Shown: one piece after another, positions 17,075-27,385 of the stretch | Position numbering within the stretch: the stretch's first letter is position 1 | How the letters are laid out: the number at the start of each line of letters is the position of its first letter | DNA from: an uncultured Clostridia bacterium | GTDB taxonomy: Bacteria > Acidobacteriota > Aminicenantia > JBFLYD01 > JBBIMS01 | Assembly: GCA_964517525.1 (NCBI GenBank) | Contig: CAZFCI010000070.1 | Coordinates: 1 to 40,110 of the forward strand | Length of the DNA: 40,110 nt | Direction of reading: 5' to 3' | Position numbers and translations under genes: made by a program | The notes under the pieces: model-generated | The model's input: the letters and a program-made list of their open reading frames with translations, nothing else | Told to the model about the DNA's origin: nothing | Database searches by the model: none

Positions 17075-17854
17075 ATGGGTAAAAACATTTTATTTGAAAA
17101 AAAAGAAGGTATTGGTTTCATCACAATTAACAGGCCAGAAAAACTCAATGCCCTCAACAGGGAGACAATGGAAGAGCTCGAATGCTTGCTCTATGAGGTT
17201 GGAAAGGATGAGGAGGTCAAGGTTTTAATTATAACTGGAGCAGGAGAGAAGGCTTTTGTTGCGGGTGCAGATATAAAGGAACTGTCAGAGCTCACTCCTT
17301 TAAAGGCTAAGGAGTTTTCAGAAAAAGGACAAGAGATTTTTTCCATGATTGAAAACATGAAAAAGCCTGTTATTTGTGCTGTCAATGGTTTTGCCTTGGG
17401 TGGAGGATGTGAACTTGCTCTTGCATGTCACATAAGAATTGCCTCAAAATCAGCTAAATTTGGACAACCTGAAGTTAAACTTGGACTTATACCTGGATAT
17501 GGAGGAACCCAAAGGTTGTCAAGGCTTGTTGGAAAAGGATTAGCCAGTGAGTTAATTCTCACTGGGGACATGATAGATGCTGAAGAAGCCTTAAAAATAG
17601 GACTTGTCAACAAAGTTGTTGAGCCATCAGAGCTTATTCCCACATGTATTTCCATCGCTAAAAAGATAATGGCAAATAGTCCTGTGGCTGTAAAACTTTC
17701 TTTATATTCAATTAATAAAGGAATTAACATGAGTCTCGATGAAGGGCTTGCTCTTGAAGCCAATCTTTTTTCCCTCTGTTTTGCTTCAGAGGATGCGAAG
17801 GAAGGGACAAGAGCATTCCTTGAGAAAAGACAACCAAACTTTAAAGGAGAATAA
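17075..17854 (+). CDS. enoyl-CoA hydratase (crotonase family)
   Basis: Crotonase oxyanion-hole segments [15 protein letters not shown] and [18 protein letters not shown]. 259 aa. SD AGGAGG. Substrate not determinable. Confidence 0.85.
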   Translation: MGKNILFEKKEGIGFITINRPEKLNALNRETMEELECLLYEVGKDEEVKVLIITGAGEKAFVAGADIKELSELTPLKAKEFSEKGQEIFSMIENMKKPVICAVNGFALGGGCELALACHIRIASKSAKFGQPEVKLGLIPGYGGTQRLSRLVGKGLASELILTGDMIDAEEALKIGLVNKVVEPSELIPTCISIAKKIMANSPVAVKLSLYSINKGINMSLDEGLALEANLFSLCFASEDAKEGTRAFLEKRQPNFKGE

Positions 17855-17856
17855 AA

Positions 17857-18327
17857 ATGGCAAATATTTATGAAGGAAAACTTGACGCAAAGGACCTCAA
17901 AATCGGAATTGTCCTTTCAAGGTTTAATGAGTTCATAACTGAGAGACTTCTCCATGGTGCTCTTGATGCATTGAATAAACTTGGGGCAAAGGAAGATTCT
18001 ATAAGTATTTTCAAAGTTCCAGGTTCCTTTGAAATTCCAATAGTTGCTAAGAAACTTGCCAAATCAAAAAAATTTGACTGCATAATCTGTCTTTCAACCT
18101 TGATAAGAGGAGACACACCCCATTTTGATTTTCTCTCAGCAGAAGTAACAAAGGCTCTTTCCCAGATAGGGCTTGAGGAAGGAGTTGCTATTTCCTTCGG
18201 AATTCTGACAGTTGAAACAATCGAACAAGGAATTGAAAGAGCTGGAACCAAGATGGGGAACAAAGGCTGGGACGCAGCCCTGAGTGCAGTTGAACTGGCA
18301 AACCTTATGAGGTCCTCAAATTTATGA
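17857..18327 (+). CDS. ribH: 6,7-dimethyl-8-ribityllumazine synthase
   Basis: 156 aa. VPGSFEIP and RGDTPHFDF motifs. SD AAGGAG. Confidence 0.9.
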   Translation: MANIYEGKLDAKDLKIGIVLSRFNEFITERLLHGALDALNKLGAKEDSISIFKVPGSFEIPIVAKKLAKSKKFDCIICLSTLIRGDTPHFDFLSAEVTKALSQIGLEEGVAISFGILTVETIEQGIERAGTKMGNKGWDAALSAVELANLMRSSNL

Positions 18328-18743
18328 GTCATAGGAGAAAGGCGAGGGAATACGCCCTTCAAATTCTGTTTCAATATGATCTTGCCAATGGGAATTTAAA
18401 TGAAACAATGGAAGAATTCTGGAAAGACAAGAAAGTAAACAGTAAAATAGTTTCTTTTTGTTACCAGCTTATAAATGGAACTATTGATAATCTAAAGGAA
18501 ATTGATAAATGTATTTCTAAGCATTCTTTAAACTGGAAGCTTGAAAGAATGTCAACTGTAGATAGGAATGTATTAAGAATTGCTACATATGAGCTTTTGT
18601 TTCAAAGAGAAACTCCAGCCCCAGTTGTTATTAACGAGGCTATTGAGGTTGCAAAAAAATTTGGGACAGAAGATAGTGCAAAATTTATAAATGGAATTCT
18701 TGATGCAATAAGGAGGTCATTGGAAGAAAATGGAAAGAAGTGA
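18324..18743 (+). CDS. nusB: transcription antitermination factor NusB
   Basis: [15 protein letters not shown]-terminus and INGILD near the C-terminus. ATGA overlap with ribH. Confidence 0.9.
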   Translation: MSHRRKAREYALQILFQYDLANGNLNETMEEFWKDKKVNSKIVSFCYQLINGTIDNLKEIDKCISKHSLNWKLERMSTVDRNVLRIATYELLFQRETPAPVVINEAIEVAKKFGTEDSAKFINGILDAIRRSLEENGKK

Positions 18744-20214
18744 ACAGGAAAGAGTAAGGATTGAAAAACTAAAAAAAATAATTGAACTCGGGATCGATCC
18801 CTATCCAAGGAAGTTTGAGAGAACCCATTCTGTATGTGATATAAAAGGAAATTTTGAGTCAAAAAGCAGAGAGGAGCTTGAAAAGGAGGCAATTTCAGTA
18901 AAAACCTCTGGAAGGATAATGACAGTAAGAAGAATGGGAGGAGCCTCTTTCTTCCACATTTCAGATGGGAAGAACAAGATTCAGTGTTATATAAAGAAAG
19001 ATTTGATTTCTGAAAAGGAATGGAAACTTTTTGATCTTTTAGACATAGGTGATATTGTGGGGGTATCTGGAAGACTTTTCAGAACAAAAACAGGAGAACT
19101 AACAATTCTCCTTGAATCTTTAACCTTTCTATGCAAATCTTTCAGACCCCTTCCTGAGAAATGGCATGGACTTCAGGATGTTGAGATAAGGTTCAGGGAA
19201 AGATATCTTGATCTTATGGTTAATACTGAGGTTAGAAAAATATTTGATACAAGAAGTCAAATTGTGAAGGAAATAAGAATATTCTTTGATGAAAAAGGAT
19301 ATTTTGAAGTTGAGACTCCAATGATGCATGTCATTCCTGGAGGAGCCCTGGCAAAACCTTTCAAAACCTACCACAATGCCCTTGATCTTGAACTTTATTT
19401 AAGAATAGCTCCAGAGCTATATCTTAAGAGATTGCTTGTTGGTGGATACGAGAAAGTATATGAAATAAACAGGAATTTCAGGAATGAGGGGATATCCTTC
19501 GAGCATAACCCTGAATTTACAATGCTTGAATTTTATGAAACCTACAAAGACTACAACGATTTCATGGATCTAACTGAGGAACTCCTCCAGAGACTTGCTA
19601 ATAAGATTCTCGGTAAGGAGGAAATCGAATTTAATCAGAATTTAATTTCTCTTAAAAGACCATTTAGGAGAATTAGATATAAAGATTCTCTGAAAGATTT
19701 TATAGGATTAAGCCTTGAAACAATAAACAATCCTGAGGAACTAACTAAAAAAGCAAAGGATCTATGCACAAAAGAAAAGGCTGAAAAGATCACAAACTAT
19801 GGTAAGGCTCTCGATGCTCTTTTTGATGAATTTGTGAAACCCAACTTAATACAACCTACTTTTGTCATTGATTTTCCTAAAGAGATCTCCCCCCTTGCAA
19901 AGTCAAAACCTGAAAATCCTGATGAGGTTGAGAGATTCGAGCTTATTATTGGAGGGATGGAAGTTGCAAATGCATTTTCAGAGCTAAATGACCCCTTTGA
20001 CCAGAGGGAGAGATTTCAAAGACAGGCTGAACTTGCAGGAAGAGGAGACGAGGAAGCCCACAGAATTGATGAAGATTTCCTTAAAGCCCTTGAATATGGA
20101 ATGCCACCAACTGCAGGGGAAGGGATAGGAATTGATAGATTGACAATGCTCTTTACAAATAAAAGATCAATAAAGGAAGTAATCCTCTTCCCGCTTCTAA
20201 AACCAAAAGATTAA
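18730..20214 (+). CDS. lysS: lysine--tRNA ligase, class II
   Basis: OB-fold N-domain, FRNEG, ELIIGGMEVANAFSELNDP, GMPPTAGEGIGIDRL. Confidence 0.95.
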   Translation: MERSEQERVRIEKLKKIIELGIDPYPRKFERTHSVCDIKGNFESKSREELEKEAISVKTSGRIMTVRRMGGASFFHISDGKNKIQCYIKKDLISEKEWKLFDLLDIGDIVGVSGRLFRTKTGELTILLESLTFLCKSFRPLPEKWHGLQDVEIRFRERYLDLMVNTEVRKIFDTRSQIVKEIRIFFDEKGYFEVETPMMHVIPGGALAKPFKTYHNALDLELYLRIAPELYLKRLLVGGYEKVYEINRNFRNEGISFEHNPEFTMLEFYETYKDYNDFMDLTEELLQRLANKILGKEEIEFNQNLISLKRPFRRIRYKDSLKDFIGLSLETINNPEELTKKAKDLCTKEKAEKITNYGKALDALFDEFVKPNLIQPTFVIDFPKEISPLAKSKPENPDEVERFELIIGGMEVANAFSELNDPFDQRERFQRQAELAGRGDEEAHRIDEDFLKALEYGMPPTAGEGIGIDRLTMLFTNKRSIKEVILFPLLKPKD

Positions 20215-21426
20215 ATGAAATTTGAACTTTTCATAGCAAAAAGATACTTAATAGCAAAAAGGAAACAGGCTTTTATCTCTGTAATTTCTCTTGTTTCAAT
20301 AATTGGTATAACCATTGGTGTAATGGCTCTTCTCATAGCCCTTGCCCTTATGACAGGGTTCCATAAAGATATTCAATCAAAAATACTTAGCGCTACTTCC
20401 CATGTAATCATTTCAGATATTGGAGGTGAGGGAATTGAAGATTGGGAATCTATAAAGTCCAAGATTAAAGAAATAGATAAAAAAGGGGAAATAGTCTCAA
20501 TCACACCTTTTGTATACGGAATGGGTCTTGTCTCATCCAATTGGAGGGCTGTTCCAGCAGGAATAAGAGGACTTGACCTCAAAATAGAAGAAAGGGATTG
20601 GCTGAAGAAGATTGAAAGGGGAAGACTCCCTAAAAATGGAGAGGTTATTCTTGGAAAAGAATTGGCTAAAAATATTGGAGTTGATATTGGTGATTCAATA
20701 AATGTAATCTCAACATCCTTTACCCTATCCCCCTTTGGATTGATTCCAAGGAGCAAGACTCTGAAAGTAATTGGCATCTTCTCAACAGGTCTTTACGAAT
20801 TCGACTCTACAACAGCAATAATACCAATTGAGGATGCCCAGTTATTCTTTAAAATGAAAGATAGGGTCTCTTTCATTCACATAACAATTAAGGATATATT
20901 CAAGGCTGGAAGTCTTTCAGATAGAATAAGGGAAAAACTTGATTATTCACTACTTGTAACATCATGGATGGAACTCAACAGATCCCTTTTTTCAGCATTA
21001 AAACTTGAGAAAAAAGTTATATTTTTCACAATTTCCCTTATAGTATTGGTAGCCTCTTTAAATATAATTGCATCTCTAATTTTAATGGTAATGGAAAAAA
21101 CAAAGGATATTGGTATTTTAATTTCTATGGGTGCAACAAAGGGGATGATAAGGAGGATATTCTTTCTGCAGGGAGCCATAATTGGGATTTTTGGAACCTT
21201 TGTAGGGCTTCTCCTCGGTTTAATTTGGTGTTTCTTCGCCAATAAATTCCAGCTTATAAAAGTCCCTATAGACATTTATCAAATTTCATATGTTCCTTTC
21301 AAGCCTGAATTAAAGGACATTATACTTATAGTTATTGTCTCCCTTGCCATATCCTTCTCCTCAACTCTTTTCCCATCATCAAGAGCTTCCAGGGTGAATC
21401 CTGCTGAGGCTTTAAGGTATGAATGA
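20215..21426 (+). CDS. lipoprotein-releasing system permease (LolC/LolE family, FtsX-type)
   Basis: N-terminus FELFIAKRYL..AFISVIS, large periplasmic loop, three C-terminal TM helices. Followed by an overlapping LolD-like ATPase gene. Confidence 0.85.
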   Translation: MKFELFIAKRYLIAKRKQAFISVISLVSIIGITIGVMALLIALALMTGFHKDIQSKILSATSHVIISDIGGEGIEDWESIKSKIKEIDKKGEIVSITPFVYGMGLVSSNWRAVPAGIRGLDLKIEERDWLKKIERGRLPKNGEVILGKELAKNIGVDIGDSINVISTSFTLSPFGLIPRSKTLKVIGIFSTGLYEFDSTTAIIPIEDAQLFFKMKDRVSFIHITIKDIFKAGSLSDRIREKLDYSLLVTSWMELNRSLFSALKLEKKVIFFTISLIVLVASLNIIASLILMVMEKTKDIGILISMGATKGMIRRIFFLQGAIIGIFGTFVGLLLGLIWCFFANKFQLIKVPIDIYQISYVPFKPELKDIILIVIVSLAISFSSTLFPSSRASRVNPAEALRYE

Positions 21427-22096
21427 ATTTATAAAGGTAGAGAATTTAAGAAAGGTTTATCCAACTCCTGCTGGAGAGCTTGAGGTTTTTTCCAATTTAA
21501 ACTTTTCAGTAAAAAAAGGTGAACTTCTGTGCATAATGGGAGTTTCTGGAGTTGGGAAGACAACCCTTCTAAATCTATTGGGAACAATTGATAGACCAAC
21601 CTCAGGAAAAATATTCTGCGAAAAAATTGAAATAACATCCCTTTCTTTTAACGAATTGATCAGAATGAGAAGAGAATATTTTGGATTTGTTTTTCAGTTC
21701 CATTTTCTTCTTCATGAGTTCACAGCCCTTGAAAATGTAGCCATTCCCCTTTTGATAAGAGGAGTTAAAAAGAAGGAAGCTTTCGAAAGATCCTTTGAGA
21801 TTTTAAAAAAAGTTGGAATTGAAAAAAGAGCAGATCATAAGCCATCAATGCTCTCTGGTGGGGAATGCCAGAGGGTTGCAGTTGCAAGGGCTATTGTCCA
21901 CAAGCCAAAAATACTCCTTGCAGATGAGCCGACAGGGAATTTGGATCCAAAAACAGCTTCTGAGGTATTTTCCCTTATAAAGGAGTTACACAAATCAGAA
22001 AATTTAACAACATTAATTGTAACCCACAACGAAAAAATCGCAAAAGAGTGCGAAAGAAGATTGATAATGGGAAATGGAGAATTAAGGGAGGTTTGA
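21419..22096 (+). CDS. lolD: lipoprotein-releasing system ATP-binding protein
   Basis: Walker A GVSGVGKTT, signature LSGGECQRVA, Walker B ILLADEPTGNLD. ATGAATGA overlap with the permease gene. Confidence 0.85.
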   Translation: MNEFIKVENLRKVYPTPAGELEVFSNLNFSVKKGELLCIMGVSGVGKTTLLNLLGTIDRPTSGKIFCEKIEITSLSFNELIRMRREYFGFVFQFHFLLHEFTALENVAIPLLIRGVKKKEAFERSFEILKKVGIEKRADHKPSMLSGGECQRVAVARAIVHKPKILLADEPTGNLDPKTASEVFSLIKELHKSENLTTLIVTHNEKIAKECERRLIMGNGELREV

Positions 22097-22107
22097 AAAA
22101 AGTCCTT

Positions 22108-22866
22108 TTACTTCCTAACTACACAATTCCTTTCTTCATCTACCTCAAAATCAAAAAATACTGAAGGAGCCTCTTTTTTAAGGATTTTTAAGATTTCTAC
22201 TGCCATTTTCCTTATCTCCCACTGAGCAGAAGGGTGACCTCTCAGCTCAAAAATGTGCCTCCATTCTCTGAAATTTGCTGTAATAACTATCTCACTGCAA
22301 ACAGCATTTGGTAAAACAAACCTTGCATCTTCTTTCTTTACCCCTAAATCAAGAAGTTTTTTGTATGCTTCCTTTGAATGTTCAATAAGGTCAAGGAAAA
22401 TTCTTCTGGCTTCATCCTTTTTCTCAATTGAAGGAGGAATAACATAGCTGAAACCACTTTCCTCAACATACCTCTGAGATTGCTGGGTGAAGGAGGCAAT
22501 TCTGTGTCTGACAAGTTGATGGGTGAAGGCTCGAGACCCCCCTTCAACTCTAAAGGTTGCAACAGCATGCTCAAGAACTGAAGTATGCCCTGTTTTTATT
22601 AGCATCTCAATGAATTTATGAGCAGAACTTCTCCATTTCTTTGTAATTTTCCATTTATCTCCATCAATTTCGAATTCATTCCCTTCAGAAAAATTTTTTA
22701 AAAAGGAGAAATCCTCTTCCCTGAATATTTTTATCTCTCCTCCCTCTGAAACAGCCTCATAAATAGGAAAATCTGTCATTTTATCAAAGGAAAGGTATGC
22801 TGTTCTTCCTGCAAGTTCTATGACTTTTTCAGAATTGGGAGTTATTGAAATCAAGCTAACTTTCAT
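22108..22866 (-). CDS. thyX: FAD-dependent thymidylate synthase
   Basis: ThyX signature RHRIASFTQQSQRY (RHRxxSxxxxSxR). 252 aa. Confidence 0.9.
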   Translation of the reverse strand: MKVSLISITPNSEKVIELAGRTAYLSFDKMTDFPIYEAVSEGGEIKIFREEDFSFLKNFSEGNEFEIDGDKWKITKKWRSSAHKFIEMLIKTGHTSVLEHAVATFRVEGGSRAFTHQLVRHRIASFTQQSQRYVEESGFSYVIPPSIEKKDEARRIFLDLIEHSKEAYKKLLDLGVKKEDARFVLPNAVCSEIVITANFREWRHIFELRGHPSAQWEIRKMAVEILKILKKEAPSVFFDFEVDEERNCVVRK

Positions 22867-23309
22867 AATGCTAAATTTTCAAGCTCATCCTCGAGTTTTG
22901 CTTTATGATATGCCTCCTGCATTGCAAGGAAACGAAAGAGATCCTTTACCTTTTTGCTTTCCGATATTTCCTCCATTTCTGTGTAAAGATAGAAAGCCTT
23001 TTTCTCCTCTTCAATTGCAAATTCCAGCAATTCCTTTGGGCTCATATTAGGTGAATACTTCTTGCTTACCTTAATATCCTCACTCTTTATCTTTGGAAGG
23101 GTAACCCCTTCAACTTGCTTACTTATCTCTTCAATTTTCAGATCTTCAAGGACTTTCTTGTGATTCTCCTCTTCCTTAGCAAGCCTCTCAAAAAGCTCCT
23201 TTATATTCTTATTGTCAGTATATTTGGAAGCTTCGATATAATAATATCTTGCTTCCTCCTCCTTTTCTTTTGCATAATCAATTATTTCTTTAATCGATGA
23301 GAATTTCAT
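22863..23309 (-). CDS. ferritin-like diiron four-helix protein (rubrerythrin/erythrin-like, no rubredoxin module)
   Basis: Two E...ExxH half-sites (EEEARYYY / LAKEEENH and EEEKKAFYLY / LAMQEAYH). SD GGAGG. ATGA overlap with thyX. Confidence 0.7.
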   Translation of the reverse strand: MKFSSIKEIIDYAKEKEEEARYYYIEASKYTDNKNIKELFERLAKEEENHKKVLEDLKIEEISKQVEGVTLPKIKSEDIKVSKKYSPNMSPKELLEFAIEEEKKAFYLYTEMEEISESKKVKDLFRFLAMQEAYHKAKLEDELENLAL

Positions 23310-23375
23310 TCCAAGCCTCCTAAAATTCCTTTAATGAAAAAGGATATTACAAACTAAACTGATTGTAAAGTCTTT

Positions 23376-24089
23376 CTAAATTATATCTTTTATCCTCAAA
23401 AATACTAAAAATGCAAAAAGAAGAAGAGAGATGAAAAGGAGAAAATAATCCTTTAAAGACATTTTCCATTCATAGTAATCAATCCTGTTTTCCGAGGAGA
23501 AACCCCTTGCCTCAAGGGCTATTGAGAGTTTATCTGTCCATCTTAGAACATAGAGAAGAACAGGACCAATCAAAGGAATTATTCTCTTAGCCCTTTTGAA
23601 GGGATTACCACTAAGTTCGTAACCCCTTCCCCTCTGTGCCTGAACAACTGTTTCTATTAGGTTCAAAATAATCGGAACAAATCTCATTGAAAGGGATATG
23701 GCAAAGCTTGGCTTAAAGGGTATGAAAAATTTTCTAAGGGCAAAAAATAGCTCCTCCTGTCTTGTAATTGAAATGAATATTATTCCTCCAACAATCATTG
23801 AGTCGAGCTTCAAAGCTATTGAAATTGCTCTTTCCATATATCCAAAACCATTTGATATAAGCCAGAGGACAACAGTAAAGATGAAAACTGTCGATAGGAC
23901 AAATTTTGCTTTTAAGACATTTTTTATAACTTTTAGTAAAAAGGAAATCAGCAAAGATAAAGAGAAAAGGGCTACGGACGAATACAATTTAGATGGGAAT
24001 AGACATATCAAGAAGAAAAGGATGAGGAAAAGGAGTTTCCCCCTTGGATCAATTTTTACTTCAAAAGCTTCCCTCTCTTCAAAAATCAT
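23376..24089 (-). CDS. ecfT: ECF transporter transmembrane (T) component, EcfT/CbiQ family
   Basis: Polytopic membrane protein with two Ala-Arg-Gly-type coupling motifs (QAQRGRGY, ALEARGF). ATGA overlap with the upstream ATPase gene. Confidence 0.75.
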   Translation of the reverse strand: MIFEEREAFEVKIDPRGKLLFLILFFLICLFPSKLYSSVALFSLSLLISFLLKVIKNVLKAKFVLSTVFIFTVVLWLISNGFGYMERAISIALKLDSMIVGGIIFISITRQEELFFALRKFFIPFKPSFAISLSMRFVPIILNLIETVVQAQRGRGYELSGNPFKRAKRIIPLIGPVLLYVLRWTDKLSIALEARGFSSENRIDYYEWKMSLKDYFLLFISLLLFAFLVFLRIKDII

Positions 24090-25729
24090 TTTTCAATCCT
24101 TTCAAGAGCCTCTTCAAGGGAAAGGAAATTTCCTCCAACCATCTGGGAAAACCTTAGAAAGGATGGTAATTTTGAAAATACTGACTCCATTAACCCCTTT
24201 TTTGATAATAGTTCCCTCGGTCTCCCCTGCTCAAAAATCCTTCCGTCTTTCAAAATTATTATCCAATCAGAGAAAGAAAAGGCAAGCTCCAAAGAGTGGG
24301 TCACAAAAATAACTGTTACACCTTTTTTCTTCAAGGCTTTGATAATTTCAACAACTCTTTCAACTTCAAAGGGATCAAGTCCTGTTGTTGGCTCATCAAG
24401 GATTATAATTTCCTTTTCAGTAGCAAGGATTGATGCTACAACAAGCTTCTGTCTTTCTCCCTTAGAAAGGGTGAAAGGGTCATCATCTCTTCTATCAAAT
24501 AAGCCTAAAAGACCTAAAATCTCCTCAATCCTTTTCTCTTTCTCCTTTCCCAAAATACCTGAAAGCTCAAGAGAAAAACCAACCTCCTCTTTCACACTTT
24601 CTTTAAAGATTTGATAGTCTGGGTTCTGAAAGCCAAATCCAATAATCTTATTTATTTCCCCTTTCAGCTCTTTTATTTCTTTCCCCTTTATAAAAATTTT
24701 CCCCTTCTCTGGACGAAAAATTCCTGCAATTAATTTTAAAAGGGTCGATTTTCCGCTTCCGTTTGGTCCAATTATGCTTACAAGCTCCCCCTCTCTAATT
24801 TCAAAATTAATGTCCTTAAGGACTAAGTTTGAACCATATGAGAAAGAAAGATTTGAAACTTCAATTATTTTCGAGGAAGGTCTCTCCTTCTCTTCTGAAG
24901 GAAGGATTTTATAGCCTTTCCTTTCAAAAATTTCCTTCCCCTTTTCAGGAGTGAGGGGTATTTCATCACTTCCCAATTTTTTGAAAAGAAAAGGAATTTC
25001 AAGGGGTTTGATTGAAAATCTCTCAAACAAATCAATATTTAAAAAGATCTCTTTAGGTTTCCCTGAGGCTACTATCTCTCCATTCTCGAGAATTAAAACC
25101 CTGTCTGAAGATAGCAATCGCTCCAGCTCATGCTCAACAACAACTATTGTTTTCTTACCTTTTAAATCATTGTATAGGAAGTAAAGCTCCTCCCTTCCCT
25201 CACAGTCCATATCTGTCGTTGGCTCATCAAAAACAAGTAAAGAGGGTTCCATTGCAAGAATAGATGTAACAACCAATCTCTGTTTTTCTCCTCCTGAAAG
25301 GGATAAAGGGTTTCTTCTGAGAAGGTGATAAATTCCCATTTTCTTTGAGAAAATTTCAAGCCTTCTTTTAATTTCATCTCTGTCAATTCCAAGATTCTCA
25401 AGCCCAAACACTATTTCCCTTTCAACAGAGGATGAAAAAATCTGGGTCTCAAAATCCTGAAAAACAATCCCAACATCTCTAAAAAAATCATTGACCTTGC
25501 TCGAAATCAAATCCTTTCCAAATATTTTAACCGAACCTTCGAATCTACCCTTCAGGAAATTGGGAATTATTCCATTCATTGTTAAAGCAAGGGTTGTTTT
25601 CCCTGCTCCAGTCTTCCCTATAATACCTAAAAACTCACCTTCTCCTATTTCCAAATTTATATTTTTTAATGCTTTTTTATCACTTTTCTTATATGAAAAG
25701 GAAAAGTTTTCAGCCTTGTAGACTTTCAT
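24086..25729 (-). CDS. ECF/ABC transporter ATPase with two fused cassettes (EcfA-EcfA')
   Basis: Two full cassettes. Walker A GKTGAGKTT / GPNGSGKST, signatures LSGGEKQR / LSKGERQK, Walker B LLVFDEPT / IIILDEPT. Confidence 0.85.
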   Translation of the reverse strand: MKVYKAENFSFSYKKSDKKALKNINLEIGEGEFLGIIGKTGAGKTTLALTMNGIIPNFLKGRFEGSVKIFGKDLISSKVNDFFRDVGIVFQDFETQIFSSSVEREIVFGLENLGIDRDEIKRRLEIFSKKMGIYHLLRRNPLSLSGGEKQRLVVTSILAMEPSLLVFDEPTTDMDCEGREELYFLYNDLKGKKTIVVVEHELERLLSSDRVLILENGEIVASGKPKEIFLNIDLFERFSIKPLEIPFLFKKLGSDEIPLTPEKGKEIFERKGYKILPSEEKERPSSKIIEVSNLSFSYGSNLVLKDINFEIREGELVSIIGPNGSGKSTLLKLIAGIFRPEKGKIFIKGKEIKELKGEINKIIGFGFQNPDYQIFKESVKEEVGFSLELSGILGKEKEKRIEEILGLLGLFDRRDDDPFTLSKGERQKLVVASILATEKEIIILDEPTTGLDPFEVERVVEIIKALKKKGVTVIFVTHSLELAFSFSDWIIILKDGRIFEQGRPRELLSKKGLMESVFSKLPSFLRFSQMVGGNFLSLEEALERIEK

Positions 25730-26811
25730 CTTATCCTTTTCTGGTAAGATTTACCTGGATTTTCAACAATCAATCCTTTTAGTTCAAGCTGAAAAAGAAC
25801 TGGAAAGATTTCATAAACTGGGAAACCTGATAAAAGGGAAAGTTCATCAATGGTTATTTCAGATTCAAAAGGGATAAGAGATAATATCCTTTCCTCCTCC
25901 TTTGAAAGCTCTATTTTCCCCTCTTCCAGCTTCTCTTTTAAATCTTTCTTTAAAAAGGATGGGATCTCTTCCCATACATCCTCCCACGAAAGAACTGGCT
26001 TTGCTCCCTGTTTTATTAACAAATTAGTTCCTTTACTCCCCTCTGAAGTAATTGGTCCTGGAACCGCAAGGACATCCCTACCCTGCTCAAGAGCCCATTT
26101 GGCTGTTATCAGAGCTCCGCTTCTCTCTCCCGCTTCCACGACAACGGTTAAATAGGAAAGCCCACTTATAATCCTATTCCTCATTGGAAAATGATAGGAA
26201 AGAGCTTTTGTTCCAAGGGGGAATTCTGATATAATTGCTCCCTTTTCCTCAATCCTTGAAGCAATCCTTTTATTCTCCGATGGATAAATCATGTCCACTC
26301 CAGAACCAAGAACTGCAATTGTTTCCCCTTGCTCAATTGCTGAAGAATGGACTATAGTATCAATTCCCCTCGCAAGACCACTGACAACAACCAACCCCCT
26401 TTTTGATAGTTCTGAAGAGAGAGAATCAGCAACAATTTTTCCGTAGGAGGTGCAATTCCTTGTCCCCACAATTGATAAAGTGGGTTTTAAAAGGGTATCC
26501 TTTTTCCCCTTTACCCAGATTACAAAAGGACAATAATCAATTTCTCTTAGAAGGGAAGGAAATTCGTGAGAATACTTTGAAATTACCAATACATTCTCTC
26601 TCTCTGCTTTCTTTAATTCCATCTCCCCTTCCCTTAAAACTTCTCTTGATACTATGAAATTAGCATCCTTTTCCTTTAAACCTAAATTTAAGAGATCTTT
26701 TAAATCAAAAGATAAAATCTCCTCAGGACTTAATCTCTGAAGCTTTTTTAAAATTGTAAGGTTTGAATAAAAATACTTCTGGAGCCCTGTTAATAATTCC
26801 AATCCCATCAA
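25726..26811 (-). CDS. dprA: DNA-processing protein DprA (Smf)
   Basis: Rossmann-like core SIVGTRNCTSYG...SGLARGID...GERSGALITA. C-terminal winged-helix-like tail. Confidence 0.85.
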   Translation of the reverse strand: MMGLELLTGLQKYFYSNLTILKKLQRLSPEEILSFDLKDLLNLGLKEKDANFIVSREVLREGEMELKKAERENVLVISKYSHEFPSLLREIDYCPFVIWVKGKKDTLLKPTLSIVGTRNCTSYGKIVADSLSSELSKRGLVVVSGLARGIDTIVHSSAIEQGETIAVLGSGVDMIYPSENKRIASRIEEKGAIISEFPLGTKALSYHFPMRNRIISGLSYLTVVVEAGERSGALITAKWALEQGRDVLAVPGPITSEGSKGTNLLIKQGAKPVLSWEDVWEEIPSFLKKDLKEKLEEGKIELSKEEERILSLIPFESEITIDELSLLSGFPVYEIFPVLFQLELKGLIVENPGKSYQKRIR

Positions 26812-26827
26812 ATGGAAACTAAATTAT

Positions 26828-27385
26828 TTATTTTTCCTCAATAAGTTGGTATCCAAGTCTTATCGCATCAAGATTCATCGACTCAGTTCCTTTGGGAGCC
26901 ATTTTTAAAACTGCTTTCTTCAGAGATTCCTCTGAAATTATCCCAGTTAACTTTACAGTAATTGCAAGGGCAACAACAGATGTGACGACAATGTTTCCGA
27001 TTTCCCTTTTTGTTGCTTCAATAATTGGAACTCTGTAAACCTTCCAGTTTTTTGGATCAAAATCTTCCACAAGATTTGAGTCCACAACTATTATTGCATC
27101 ATCCTTTACATCTTTTAAATATAAGTGAAAAGGATTGTTTCCAGTGCTGAGATAGAAATCAATAGCTGTTGCGTAAGGATAAACAATCTCGTTTTTGTCG
27201 ATTATCACATCGACCTTTGTTGGTCCTCCTCTAACCTGAGAGGTATAGGTTGGGCTCTGGGTTGCATATTTGTTCTCATAATGAACAATGGCTTCAGCAA
27301 GAATAGCACCAGCAGTAATTATTCCCTGGCCTCCAATTGCACTGTATCGAATTTCAAAATGGTCTTTCATCTTCTCCTCCTTCAA
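26828..27385 (-). CDS. 2-oxoacid:ferredoxin oxidoreductase, gamma subunit
   Basis: IRYSAIGGQGIITAGAILAEA N-terminus typical of OFOR gamma subunits. ATGA overlap with the beta gene. Confidence 0.85.
   Translation of the reverse strand: MKEEKMKDHFEIRYSAIGGQGIITAGAILAEAIVHYENKYATQSPTYTSQVRGGPTKVDVIIDKNEIVYPYATAIDFYLSTGNNPFHLYLKDVKDDAIIVVDSNLVEDFDPKNWKVYRVPIIEATKREIGNIVVTSVVALAITVKLTGIISEESLKKAVLKMAPKGTESMNLDAIRLGYQLIEEK

Noticed and set aside
17868-18374. 168-aa ORF antisense to ribH. Similar long antisense ORFs lie at 23698-24312 (204 aa), 20373-20777, 20943-21275, 17428-17763, 27125-27463, 32083-32433 and 39188-39544.
   Set aside because: Each lies fully inside a confidently identified gene on the opposite strand. 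They are Ser/Pro/Leu/Phe/Ile-rich with no recognisable motifs and lack SD sequences. This is typical of shadow ORFs produced by the codon periodicity of the real gene.
23347-23368. Inverted repeat TTACAA-N10-TTGTAA upstream of the diiron-protein/thyX pair, considered as a Fur/PerR-type operator.
   Set aside because: Only 6-bp AT-rich arms that do not extend. No match to Fur or PerR box consensus, and easily expected by chance.
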